64,000 nt of DNA from Candidatus Hydrothermarchaeum profundi (GTDB lineage Archaea; Hydrothermarchaeota; Hydrothermarchaeia; Hydrothermarchaeales; Hydrothermarchaeaceae): contig MTMF02000009.1 in NCBI GenBank assembly GCA_002011125.2, positions 396,006 through 460,005 on the forward strand. The letters are read 5' to 3'. Position numbers and translations under genes: made by a program. Below, in pieces: positions 9,103 to 18,700 of this stretch. Positions within the stretch are counted from its first letter, which is position 1; each line of letters opens with the position of its first letter. The notes under the pieces were generated by a model, which was given only the letters and a program-made list of their open reading frames with translations, did no database searches and was not told the origin of the DNA.

Positions 9103-10280
9103 GCTCTGAGAGCCTCCACTGGATCCAATTTTACGGCCTTATACGCGGGATATAAACCAGAGATAACGCCAGCTAATATAGCAAAGCTAATAGCATAGAA
9201 TGCCAAGCTAGGGGTTACCGCGGTAGTCAAAACACCTGGGCCCAAATAGTTTTCAGCTAGCTCATTTATAATTGTAGAGATAATGTAACCTATCAAAACT
9301 CCTATCATACCTCCAAAAAATCCAAAAACCCCTGATTCGAAGAGAAATATTCTCATTACTTGAGAATTAGTAGCCCCAGTTGCTTTCATTATACCTATTT
9401 CCTGGGTCCTTTCAACTACGTTCATAATCATTGTATTGGCTATGCCTATACCCCCAACAATCAAAGATACTCCAGCTATACCTCCAAATACGACCTGGAT
9501 TACTTTTAGCGAAGACGATATGGCATTAATCAGTTGCTGGGAGGTAAATACATCGAACTCCACCCCTTCATGGCGTCTTTCAAGACTGTCTTCTATTTTT
9601 TGACGGACTTCGTCCACATCATAACCTGGTTTTACCCTTACGACTATTGCTGTTACACTTTTTTCTCTCCCCATGAGTTCCCTTAACTTATCTATGTTAA
9701 CCATTACAGCTTCATCATGTTCTGGATCTCCAGTTTCTTTAAAAATACCTACAACACGGAATTTTTCTCCTTGGATTTTTATGCTGTTTCCGAGCTCTAC
9801 TTTACTTTTAAAAAAATCGTCATGAACTCTATAACCCAAGACAACTACATTTCGGTCTCCTGGCTCGAGCCATCTACCTTTAAGGAGGCGGTATCCCCCG
9901 ACATCAGAAAAAGTTCGTTCTGCTTTACCGGGATCTAAACCCCATACAGTTATGACCTTTTCTTCACCCTTAAATTCGCCTCCTGCAGCAACACTATACA
10001 TAGGGGAAACAAACTCCACACCCACTATATCCTCAATATTCGAAACATCGCCATCAGTTAAGCCTTTTCCTCTTACCCCATATTCCATCGTAGAAGTAAC
10101 GAGTATTTTATTGGTGCCAAACGCCTCAAACTGTTCCCTTACAGCCTTTGTCATGCCTTCCCCAATAGACACCATCGAAACTACAGCTGTTATACCGATA
10201 ATTACACCAAGTGTTGTAAGAATAGCCCTAGCTTTTCTATAAGATAAATTTTTTAAGGAAAGCTCTATATATTGCAACAT
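9099..10280 (-). CDS. MacB/FtsX-type ABC permease (paralog)
   Basis: ERTQEIGIMKATGA, YPAYKAVKLDPVEALR. Confidence 0.93.
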   Translation of the reverse strand: MLQYIELSLKNLSYRKARAILTTLGVIIGITAVVSMVSIGEGMTKAVREQFEAFGTNKILVTSTMEYGVRGKGLTDGDVSNIEDIVGVEFVSPMYSVAAGGEFKGEEKVITVWGLDPGKAERTFSDVGGYRLLKGRWLEPGDRNVVVLGYRVHDDFFKSKVELGNSIKIQGEKFRVVGIFKETGDPEHDEAVMVNIDKLRELMGREKSVTAIVVRVKPGYDVDEVRQKIEDSLERRHEGVEFDVFTSQQLINAISSSLKVIQVVFGGIAGVSLIVGGIGIANTMIMNVVERTQEIGIMKATGATNSQVMRIFLFESGVFGFFGGMIGVLIGYIISTIINELAENYLGPGVLTTAVTPSLAFYAISFAILAGVISGLYPAYKAVKLDPVEALRA

Positions 10281-10286
10281 CTCACT

Positions 10287-10964
10287 TCAGCCTACGATCC
10301 TCCCATCCCTGATTTTTATTATAGTGTTTGCTCGCTTACCAAATTCCCTCTCATGCGTTACCAACACGATCGTCTTACCTCTCTCATTGAGTTCTTCTAA
10401 AATTCTCATAATACCTTCACCAGACTTAGTATCCAGATTACCAGTTGGCTCGTCAGCCAAAATTATTTCCGGATCATTCCCAAGAGCTCTAGCGATGCAA
10501 ACCCTCTGCCTTTCTCCACCTGAAAGTTCTGTTGGCCGATGCTTCATTCGGTCGCCTAAACCCACGAGTTTTAGAAGTTCCGCAGCTCTTTTCACTCTTT
10601 GGACTTTAGGCACTCCTGCAAACCACATGGGGAGCTCTACGTTTTCGATAGCTGTAAGACGAGGTATTAAATTGAATTGTTGAAATACGAAGCCTATTTT
10701 CTCTCTGCGAATTCTCGCTAGAGAATTATCTGACAGTTTCGAAATATCTCTTCCCTCAATGAAAACCCTTCCTTTCGTTGGCCTATCCAAAGCTCCAATC
10801 AAATTCATCAAAGTGCTTTTCCCGCTCCCAGAGGGCCCCATAATCGAAACATAATCACCCTTTTCAATAGAAAGGTTTATACCTCGTAAAGCCGGCACTT
10901 TGACACGATCCATGAGATAAGTCTTTTCAACTCCTTCGAGTCTCACTATATCCAAACCTTTCAC
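10287..10964 (-). CDS. ABC ATP-binding protein (LolD/MacB family)
   Basis: GPSGSGKST, LSGGERQRV, ILADEPTGNLD, VTH. Confidence 0.95.
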   Translation of the reverse strand: MKGLDIVRLEGVEKTYLMDRVKVPALRGINLSIEKGDYVSIMGPSGSGKSTLMNLIGALDRPTKGRVFIEGRDISKLSDNSLARIRREKIGFVFQQFNLIPRLTAIENVELPMWFAGVPKVQRVKRAAELLKLVGLGDRMKHRPTELSGGERQRVCIARALGNDPEIILADEPTGNLDTKSGEGIMRILEELNERGKTIVLVTHEREFGKRANTIIKIRDGRIVG

Positions 10965-12175
10965 CCTTCAATAACTTGCGATGCTGCCTTCTTATATCTC
11001 CAGACTACAACTAAAATAAGCGCAAGAATTATCAGAGGCACAGCTATGTAGTAAACTTTTTTCCGTGGAGGCTCGTCCACATAAATGCTAAATGTCTTCG
11101 TATCGTAGAATTCGTCTCCTTTTTCATCGGTATAAACAATCTTCATTTTAAAAGTGTGGTCTCCGGGCGCTACTGATTTAGTAGCTCTAAGGTCAAATAT
11201 ACCTGAAGACACATCGTCCACTTCAATCTTGCCTATAAAGGACGAAAATTCTCCGACAAACCCTTCAGTATTCGAAATCGTCGCCATAACTGATTTAGCA
11301 TCTTGGGTGCCAATATTTTCCAATTGCACAGAGAGAGTAAAATCAGTTCCAGGATAAATCTTAGATGGAGAGGTACTTATCCCCGCTATCTCTAAATCAA
11401 CATCACCATACGAGCTAACAAAAATCTGAAAGGGTCTTTCAACCTTTTTTAGAACTCCTTCTTCATTATAATAAATCAATATAAGAGTGAAATCATAAGC
11501 CCTACTTTCCGCTTTCTTTGATGCTTTGAGGTCAAAAGAGAGAGAAACTTTTTTGTCTTTCTCCAATGTGCCTATATACCCCGATCCTTCCCCAGAAAAC
11601 TCCTCAGGCATAACAAGTCTGGCTTCAACAGCTTTTGCATCCTCATCTCCTATATTCTCAACACCTAAAACTAGAGAGAACTCCTGATCAGGATATACTC
11701 GTTCCGGGGAAGTATTGACCCCTGCTATAACCAGATTTGGCTCCCCTTCTACTATAACACCTACGTAGATTATTTGACTCTTTTCTTCCTTCCTAGCGTC
11801 TTCCCAATTTAATACTATCGGAATTTGATATGCCCCTATTGCAGCATTATCTTTTACCTTGACTTGATATTGTAGTATTAACTCATCACTTTGCCTTACA
11901 ACTCCGAAATACTCCATTGATTCTACAGCGCCAGCTGCTTTCCCTAAAAACTTCTTAGGCGACGATAGCGCTGTGAACGGAGATGTTCCGTCAGGGTCAA
12001 ATGAAGCCCGAAGATATGCGGCATAATCTGTTCCCAGATTCTTTATCGTTATATTCACCGTCACAATTTCTCCAGGATAAACCTTATCCGGAGAAACGTT
12101 CATAACATAAAAGTCAGCAGTCGAGGCAGATACTATGGGAACCATAAGAAGTACAATGAAAAACCATTCTTTCAT
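10961..12175 (-). CDS. COG1361 S-layer/CARDB-domain protein, partner of the ABC exporter
   Basis: Signal peptide, three Ig-like repeats (SP..YPG...N.G...AK.V), C-terminal TM; ATGA overlap with padR. Confidence 0.85.
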   Translation of the reverse strand: MKEWFFIVLLMVPIVSASTADFYVMNVSPDKVYPGEIVTVNITIKNLGTDYAAYLRASFDPDGTSPFTALSSPKKFLGKAAGAVESMEYFGVVRQSDELILQYQVKVKDNAAIGAYQIPIVLNWEDARKEEKSQIIYVGVIVEGEPNLVIAGVNTSPERVYPDQEFSLVLGVENIGDEDAKAVEARLVMPEEFSGEGSGYIGTLEKDKKVSLSFDLKASKKAESRAYDFTLILIYYNEEGVLKKVERPFQIFVSSYGDVDLEIAGISTSPSKIYPGTDFTLSVQLENIGTQDAKSVMATISNTEGFVGEFSSFIGKIEVDDVSSGIFDLRATKSVAPGDHTFKMKIVYTDEKGDEFYDTKTFSIYVDEPPRKKVYYIAVPLIILALILVVVWRYKKAASQVIEG

Positions 12176-12687
12176 TTCCATTCCTCCAAAATTTTATTTA
12201 ACCATTTTATTTCGGTCTCTGCATGCATTATCCCCCTCTCTAACGCAGCCAGTTTAAACCTCGGCAAACTCTCCTTACATTCCGTTCTCGTCTTCAAAAG
12301 TTCATCGAGCAAATCTACGTTACCTTTAAGTTTTTCTTCGAAAAGACTTTTCTCCACACCGTCATCCAAATAGTCCAGCAAGAAAAGATGTAGAGTAAAT
12401 TCATCTCTCACGTGGGGTTCTTTTTTTATCCTTGATTTTAAAATTCTGACAAACTCGTTTCTACCCTCCTCTGTAATCTCGTATATTATCTTCCCAACCG
12501 TTTTTGATAGCTCTTTTCTACTTTTAACTAAGCCAGCTTCTTCTAGTTTTTTAAGGGTAGGGTAGATAGATCCAAAATTTATCATCCAAAATACACCTTT
12601 GCTTAGCTCAAAAAAACGCTTCATTTCATAGCCGTGCATTGGCTTTTCCATCAATGCTCCAAGAATACAGAGTTTTGCAAGAGACAT
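12172..12687 (-). CDS. PadR family transcriptional regulator
   Basis: ILGAL..PMHGYE, GSIYPTLKKLE, YEITEEGR. Confidence 0.93.
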   Translation of the reverse strand: MSLAKLCILGALMEKPMHGYEMKRFFELSKGVFWMINFGSIYPTLKKLEEAGLVKSRKELSKTVGKIIYEITEEGRNEFVRILKSRIKKEPHVRDEFTLHLFLLDYLDDGVEKSLFEEKLKGNVDLLDELLKTRTECKESLPRFKLAALERGIMHAETEIKWLNKILEEWK

Positions 12688-12717
12688 TATATCAACTTAA
12701 TATATATCAATTTAATA
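12688..12717. promoter_or_regulatory. Tandem 15-bp repeat, putative PadR operator between TATA box and start codon
   Basis: TATATCAACTTAATA followed by TATATCAATTTAATA; each unit is pseudo-palindromic and the pair abuts the padR ATG. Confidence 0.6.
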
Positions 12718-12834
12718 TAAAAACTTTAGCTTATCTAAAAAATACATAAACTCAATTCAACATAAGATTTAAAGTTCCGCAATAAAAAAACCTATAGAAG
12801 AAATAATAAAATCCTAAAATGAAGGTTTCAAAGC

Positions 12835-14046
12835 ATGATTCAACTTAGATGCATAAAATGCAATAAAAAATATCCTCCAGAAAAAAGAATTTATACCTGC
12901 CAGTGTAGTGGGGTACTAGAAGTAGAAATAGATCTCGGGGAGGTATCAATAGACAAAGATAGGCTGAGAAGGAGAAAGTTCGGAGTATGGCGTTACAGAG
13001 AACTGCTGCCGATAAACAAGGAATCGAAAATAATTACCTTAGGCGAAGGTGGAACTCCTCTTTATAAAGCCGAAACCCTTGGAAGAAAAATAGGAGTTAA
13101 AAACCTATATATAAAGAATGAGGGCGCAAATCCAACGGGCTCTTTTAAAGACAGGGGCATGACAATAGGAGTTACAAAGGCACTAGAATTCGGAGCAACT
13201 ATAGTAGGATGTGCCTCGACAGGAAACACTTCTGCTTCACTAGCTGCATATGCGGCTAAAGCTCAAATCAAATGTCTAGTTTTATTACCATCTGGAAAGA
13301 TTGCATTAGGAAAACTAGCACAAGCCATACTACACGGAGCTAAAGTTATAGGAATTAAAGGAAACTTTGATACCGCATTAAAACTTGTAAGAGAAGCCTC
13401 CGAAGAGCTAAATATATACCTACTGAATTCTATAAATCCTTGGAGATTAGAAGGGCAGAAAACAGAGGCTTTTGAGATAGCAGACCAACTAGACTTTCAA
13501 CCACCTGATAGAGTTGTATTACCAGTAGGAAATTGCGGTAACATTTCAGCCATCTGGAAGGGATTTAAAGAACTCAAAATAGTAGGCTTAATAGACTCCT
13601 TACCTATAATGACCGGTATACAGGCTAAGGGAGCATCACCAGTTGTAAAAGCTTTCAAGCAAGGCAGAGAAGATATTACGCCAGTTGAAAAGCCAGAAAC
13701 CATAGCTAGCGCCATAAGAATAGGCGCCCCCGTGAACGCATTGAAAGCTCTCAGAGCCCTTAAAGAGTCGGGCGGAATAGCTGAAAGCGTTTCTGATGAC
13801 GAAATTCTCAACGCCCAGAAGATGATCGCCTGCCTCGAGGGAATAGGAGTTGAACCCGCCTCTGCTTCTTCAATAGCAGGATTAATTAAATTATTAGAAG
13901 CGGGAGAGATAGACAGAGACGAAAGGATAGTATGTATTACAACAGGCCATGCACTGAAAGATCCAGAAATCATTTTTAAAGAATATGAAAGGCCGATAGA
14001 GATAGAACCCAGGCTAGATAAATTAAAGGAGGTAATAAAATGGTAG
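12835..14046 (+). CDS. thrC: Threonine synthase
   Basis: TLGEGGTPL, NPTGSFKDRG, CASTGNTSAS, EPASA, TGHALKD. Confidence 0.95.
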   Translation: MIQLRCIKCNKKYPPEKRIYTCQCSGVLEVEIDLGEVSIDKDRLRRRKFGVWRYRELLPINKESKIITLGEGGTPLYKAETLGRKIGVKNLYIKNEGANPTGSFKDRGMTIGVTKALEFGATIVGCASTGNTSASLAAYAAKAQIKCLVLLPSGKIALGKLAQAILHGAKVIGIKGNFDTALKLVREASEELNIYLLNSINPWRLEGQKTEAFEIADQLDFQPPDRVVLPVGNCGNISAIWKGFKELKIVGLIDSLPIMTGIQAKGASPVVKAFKQGREDITPVEKPETIASAIRIGAPVNALKALRALKESGGIAESVSDDEILNAQKMIACLEGIGVEPASASSIAGLIKLLEAGEIDRDERIVCITTGHALKDPEIIFKEYERPIEIEPRLDKLKEVIKW

Positions 14047-14270
14047 TTGGCGTATGCCTTATAAATGTAGAACTTGGATCCGAGAGTAATGTACGAGATG
14101 AACTATCAAAGATTAGAGGGATAAGAGAACTTTTTCACCTCTTCGGAGAATATGATTTCATAGCTATTATTGAAACAGAAGGCCTAAAACCCTTAAACGA
14201 TATCGTAGATAATATAAGAAATATCCCTGGAGTAGCCTCTACAAGAACTATTATTGGAGCAGAATTCTAA
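14040..14270 (+). CDS. Stand-alone Lrp/AsnC ligand-binding domain (demi-FFRP)
   Basis: LFGEYDFIA, IRNIPGVASTRT; overlaps the thrC stop; GGAGGT RBS. Confidence 0.85.
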   Translation: MVVGVCLINVELGSESNVRDELSKIRGIRELFHLFGEYDFIAIIETEGLKPLNDIVDNIRNIPGVASTRTIIGAEF

Positions 14271-14274
14271 CCTT

Positions 14275-14640
14275 TTATGGCGACAACTCTTCTATCCACT
14301 TGGTCACAGCTTGACACCACTTTGCAATACTAGCCTTCATTGTTTCCTTGACCTCGCTGAAGGGAGCGGCGTGATACACATAGTAATACCCGCCGTTTTT
14401 AATGTTTTTCTGCTCCCGGTATATGAGCCCCGCTATAGCCAGATTCTGAAGAGCTCGTTGAATAGTGCTCCTATCCTTGTCGTAGCTTTTTACAAGGTCG
14501 TTAACTGTAACCGAACCTTTATTCACTACCTCAAAATAGGTTTCTGTTTCGAAGCTTTTTAAACCGAACATACAGTCCATTATATCTGCCACAGTCATTT
14601 CCCTAAAGGGAGTTTTCAGATTTGGTAGTTTCTTCAGCAA
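14275..14640 (-). CDS. HTH transcriptional regulator (COG3355/TrmB-like)
   Basis: CMFGL, DRSTIQRALQNL..GL, GGYYYVY; TTG start after GGAGGTGA. Confidence 0.85.
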   Translation of the reverse strand: MLKKLPNLKTPFREMTVADIMDCMFGLKSFETETYFEVVNKGSVTVNDLVKSYDKDRSTIQRALQNLAIAGLIYREQKNIKNGGYYYVYHAAPFSEVKETMKASIAKWCQAVTKWIEELSP

Positions 14641-14746
14641 GGTCACCTCCTCTAAAATTTTTTGCCCCCTCAATTGGATTATAAAATTCATAGAATTTTA
14701 AAAAAATATAAGAAAGAATACCCATAGTAAAGAGTAAAAAAGACAT

Positions 14747-15670
14747 TTAACCTCTCCCGTTCAAATAAGCATAAGCTTGTAGAGCTGCAACCGTGCCTTG
14801 CGCTACTGCAACGCCTAACTGCTTAACGCTTGCACTAGTAACATCTCCGGCCGCAAAGATTCCAGGAATATTAGTTTCCTGACGATCATTTGTAATAACA
14901 TACCCTGCAGAATCCATTTTTATAGGCAGATTTTTTAAGAAATCTGTATTCGGAGTTTTTCCGATTTCTACGAAAACACCATCCGTCTCAATTTCTCCTA
15001 GTTCGCCGTTTTTTAAATTTCTAATTTTTATACCTCTTACAAGCTCATCCCCATAAATTTCTATGACCTCGGTTAAAGGTATTGTTTCAATTCCACTATT
15101 TTTCATCCTAGAGTACTGTATCTTTTCTCTAGGCGCATAATTTTTAGCTTTCATAATCATTTTAACATTCTTGGCTAATTTACCTAGATATAAAGCCGCT
15201 TCTACCGCACTTGTACCACTTCCAACGACAACTACATTTTTATCTCGGAAAAAAGGACCATCACAAGTGAAACAATAGCTTACTCCCCTGCCAGTAAATT
15301 CCTTCTCACCTTGGACCCCAAGCTTACGATGCCTCAAGCCGGTTGCTATAATCACAGCTCTCGCAAAGTAGCTATTTGAATTACTCCTAACAAGGAATCT
15401 ATTCCTCTCAATCTCAACAGATTCCACTTCCTGCATAGGTAATATCTGCGCGCCTGCTTTTTCCGCTTGCAGTCTGAAATTCTCAGCTAATTTAATCCCC
15501 ATTATTCCCTCTGGAAACCCCGGGTAATTCTCAACTATTCCTGCTGTCGCTATTTGGCCCCCTGGCTGGCGTGATTCTAATACGAGAGTTTCTAATTCAG
15601 CCCTCACCCCGTATAGGCCTGCAGAAAGCCCGGCTGGCCCTCCTCCAACTACTATTAGATCCCAGTCCAT
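14747..15670 (-). CDS. trxB: Thioredoxin reductase family flavoprotein
   Basis: GGGPAGLSA, VENYPG, GVSYCFTCDG, TNIPGIFAAGDV. Confidence 0.88.
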   Translation of the reverse strand: MDWDLIVVGGGPAGLSAGLYGVRAELETLVLESRQPGGQIATAGIVENYPGFPEGIMGIKLAENFRLQAEKAGAQILPMQEVESVEIERNRFLVRSNSNSYFARAVIIATGLRHRKLGVQGEKEFTGRGVSYCFTCDGPFFRDKNVVVVGSGTSAVEAALYLGKLAKNVKMIMKAKNYAPREKIQYSRMKNSGIETIPLTEVIEIYGDELVRGIKIRNLKNGELGEIETDGVFVEIGKTPNTDFLKNLPIKMDSAGYVITNDRQETNIPGIFAAGDVTSASVKQLGVAVAQGTVAALQAYAYLNGRG

Positions 15671-15748
15671 AGTAATCCCGTTAGTGTGCAGTATATGCAC
15701 AATTGTCATATGCTGTATTTATAGTTTTTGCTGTCTGCAACACAACCA

Positions 15749-17020
15749 TTAAAGACCAAAAAGTTCAGATAACGTCTTTCCTTTCTTTATAGCCTCCTTG
15801 TACCTCTTTTCTTTTTTGGCAATCTCTTTTGATTTTTGTAATATCTCATAGGCTTTCTCTTTTGGCACAACGACGACGCCAACCTCATCAGCTACTATTA
15901 TATCTCCTCTTTTTACTGGTACACCGCAACAACTTATTTCACACCCAATCTCGCCATGACCATGCGGCTCGCCAGCATTTGGAACAAAATATTTTGCCCA
16001 TAGCGGGAATCCTAACTCCCTAATGTCATCTATATCCCTAGCTGCTCCATCTACTATTACTCCCCTTACTCCCTTCCTTTTTGCACTAAGAGTCGCAAGC
16101 TCCCCCCAAACAGCTATCTCAGCTCCTTGAGCATCTACCACTATAATATCTCCCTCCTCCGCTAAGTCGACTGCCTTAACCACCTTACCCCAGTCCCCAC
16201 CTAATGTTCTAACAGTTAAAGCTTTTCCAGCAACTCTTACCTCCTTTAATAAAGGCTTCAATCCTCGCATAGCACCAAATCTTTTCATGGCATCTGAGAT
16301 GAATGGTGTCGGAATCCCTTCAAAATCTTTAAGAATATCCTCGAATGAAGGCTCTTTCTCCTCTACCTTTTCAGTCCTTACTCCTATAGCTTTGCAGAGT
16401 TTTCTTACAGTTAATGTAACATCCTTTGCCTTGGTAACAGCTCTGCCCACCACAAAGATCTCAACACCCGCTTCTTTTAAAAATGGCGCTGTCTCTACGC
16501 TAATTCCGCCAGCCGCCGCAATAGGTATTCTAACCACTTTTTTAAGTTTTATAATCTCATCTAAAGACGAATTTATTTTCTGTGCTTTCACTTTCTGGAT
16601 ATCGACCGGAGAATGGATAAGAATATAGTCAACGCCAAGGGTCTCTACTTCTTTTGCACGTTTAATCTTGTTTTTAACGCCTATTAGATCGGCCATTATT
16701 TTTATACCATGTGCCCTAGCTGAATTTACTGCTCTTTTTATCGTAAAATCATCAGCAAGCGCTAAGATGGAAACGATATCAGCTCCGTTTTTAGCAGCTA
16801 TTTCAACTTCAAGGTCCCCTGTGTCCATAGTTTTCATATCTGCGACTATAACCTCATTTGGGAAATTATATCTCAGAGTTTTTACAGCCGCCATCCCATG
16901 ATTCTTTATAAGTGGAGTGCCCACTTCAAGCCATTGTGCTCCTCCTTTTACTGCTTCCTCGGATATAGTTATAGCGTCCTCAATCGAAAGTAGGTCCAAA
17001 GCTATTTGAAGGACCGGCAT
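15749..17020 (-). CDS. Hexulose-6-phosphate synthase fused to an RraA/HMG-aldolase-like domain
   Basis: LQIALD, EVGTPLIK, ADMKTMDTG; C-terminal ISDAM, AVWGEL, DGAARD, GDIIVADE. Confidence 0.9.
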   Translation of the reverse strand: MPVLQIALDLLSIEDAITISEEAVKGGAQWLEVGTPLIKNHGMAAVKTLRYNFPNEVIVADMKTMDTGDLEVEIAAKNGADIVSILALADDFTIKRAVNSARAHGIKIMADLIGVKNKIKRAKEVETLGVDYILIHSPVDIQKVKAQKINSSLDEIIKLKKVVRIPIAAAGGISVETAPFLKEAGVEIFVVGRAVTKAKDVTLTVRKLCKAIGVRTEKVEEKEPSFEDILKDFEGIPTPFISDAMKRFGAMRGLKPLLKEVRVAGKALTVRTLGGDWGKVVKAVDLAEEGDIIVVDAQGAEIAVWGELATLSAKRKGVRGVIVDGAARDIDDIRELGFPLWAKYFVPNAGEPHGHGEIGCEISCCGVPVKRGDIIVADEVGVVVVPKEKAYEILQKSKEIAKKEKRYKEAIKKGKTLSELFGL

Positions 17021-17117
17021 AAATGAGTATCGGTGCACGCTTCTGATAAATTTTTGGGTAGAGAAAACTACTTCCAACTTCTAAAGAAGACCCTATCCGT
17101 AAAGTCTTACGTAGTTT

Positions 17118-18314
17118 TTAGTAGTCAGTCATTATCCTAAACTGATCCACTTCTTCAACTCCCATCTCATGGAGGAAAGCCCTTGCCGCTCCAGTTACGT
17201 CTTTAGCAGCAGTAATCGCCCTTCCAACCACCAGTATATCTGCTCCAGATTTTAAAGCTTCTTTGACTTTATCGACTCTTATACCTCCTGCTACTGCCAC
17301 CAATACTTTGTTATTGCATATTCTTTTAATCTCCTGAATGTTACCCCACTGAGCCTCTTCGCTCTCTTCTACATCTATAGCTCTGTGAAGTTCTACTATA
17401 TCGGGCTTTACTTTTAGGCTCTTTAAAACTTCTATCGGGTCGGCAACATTGAGGGTGTCCATCAAGGAGAGGGCCCCAACCTTCTTACACTCCTCTATGA
17501 ACTTTTCCATAGTCTTTAGTGGAGCGAGTCCTGAAAAACCTATCACGTCAGCAGTTGCATCACCAGCCATTCTAGCCTCAAGATTGCCTGTATCCAAAGT
17601 TTTGAGATCAGCTAAAACAATAGTTTCTGGTCTAAGCTGATGGATTTTCTGCACAACCTCAACACCATACCTCTTTATAAGAGGCGTCCCCGCTTCTATT
17701 ATTATTGCATCTGATCTCGGCAGGGCTCTAATTACTCCTTCAACCCTCCTCCAATCCGGAATATCGAAGGCGACCTCCAGATAGGGTGGTTTTTTCAAAT
17801 TATTTATTCTAAATCCGATCATCGCATGTGCTGCCTTATCTTTTTCCTCTAAAACTGTATCTATACCGGGGAACCTTTCCATAGCTCTTCTTATTGCAAG
17901 CTTTGTGGCTCCATAATTATATCTATAAATCCTTTGGTAGTCTTTACCTCGGGGATGAATAAAAACCGACACTATAATAGCGATTTCTTCTACTTTTTCT
18001 TTTGGTATAATATCTTCCTCAACCGCATCAGCTACTGCTTTAGCGATGGCGCTTTGCGCAGGCCCAAATAGTCTTTCAGCACCTTCCAAATTCCTAATTG
18101 TTACCTTGGGCACAATCAAAGTGGCAGGCTTAACTGGAACATTAGGTCTAACCACAGCTAGGATAGGGGTGTGGCCTTGTCTAGGTTGAGCTAGGGAATT
18201 TGCAAATGCTTGTCCCATTACACCTCTTTTTTCTCCGATTATGAGGTCAATATGCGCTACCTCTGGCTCTTCACCTACTAGAGCTTCTCCTACAAGAAAT
18301 CCTTCCTCAATCAT
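17118..18314 (-). CDS. fae-hps: Bifunctional formaldehyde-activating enzyme / 3-hexulose-6-phosphate synthase
   Basis: [30 protein letters not shown]; [23 protein letters not shown]; C-terminus DQFRIMTDY. Confidence 0.95.
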   Translation of the reverse strand: MIEEGFLVGEALVGEEPEVAHIDLIIGEKRGVMGQAFANSLAQPRQGHTPILAVVRPNVPVKPATLIVPKVTIRNLEGAERLFGPAQSAIAKAVADAVEEDIIPKEKVEEIAIIVSVFIHPRGKDYQRIYRYNYGATKLAIRRAMERFPGIDTVLEEKDKAAHAMIGFRINNLKKPPYLEVAFDIPDWRRVEGVIRALPRSDAIIIEAGTPLIKRYGVEVVQKIHQLRPETIVLADLKTLDTGNLEARMAGDATADVIGFSGLAPLKTMEKFIEECKKVGALSLMDTLNVADPIEVLKSLKVKPDIVELHRAIDVEESEEAQWGNIQEIKRICNNKVLVAVAGGIRVDKVKEALKSGADILVVGRAITAAKDVTGAARAFLHEMGVEEVDQFRIMTDY

Positions 18315-18615
18315 AGTGGTCAATTCTATATTCGTAGCCTTTATCCTTTGCAAACTCAACAAGCTCGCTATCTTGGTGCCATATCCTAATATGGATGAAT
18401 CCAGATCTATCGTCTAGCCCCATTATTTCTCTAACAAAAGTTGGAAAATCCGGAGGGACAACCTTATTTTTCCTTATAAGATAATCAAGATAATCTTTTA
18501 GAAATTCTATCCTTCCTTCATTCCCAGGTTTTTTTAATTTTACCTTTAGTTTCTTATGAAATACACTTTCTTGACCTTCTCTATCAATGCCAGACAAATT
18601 AATCACCGAATTCAA
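18307..18615 (-). CDS. Hypothetical protein coupled to fae-hps
   Basis: Stop overlaps the fae-hps start; start codon uncertain. Confidence 0.55.
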   Translation of the reverse strand: MNSVINLSGIDREGQESVFHKKLKVKLKKPGNEGRIEFLKDYLDYLIRKNKVVPPDFPTFVREIMGLDDRSGFIHIRIWHQDSELVEFAKDKGYEYRIDHYD

Positions 18616-18700
18616 CCATTTACAAATCTATATTTAACATTTTTCTTTTATACAGGAGATTGAACTTCTCAGAAAAACACCCTATTATACTTTTCTATTC

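Noticed and set aside
13497-13973. Long antisense ORFs (also 35201-35707, 50427-51050, 39970-40404 and others)
   Set aside because: Shadow frames of well-supported genes, with no motifs or RBS
15749-18314. Fae-Hps and Hps-RraA fusions as novel proteins
   Set aside because: Both fusions are already described in archaea; only their tandem context is noted
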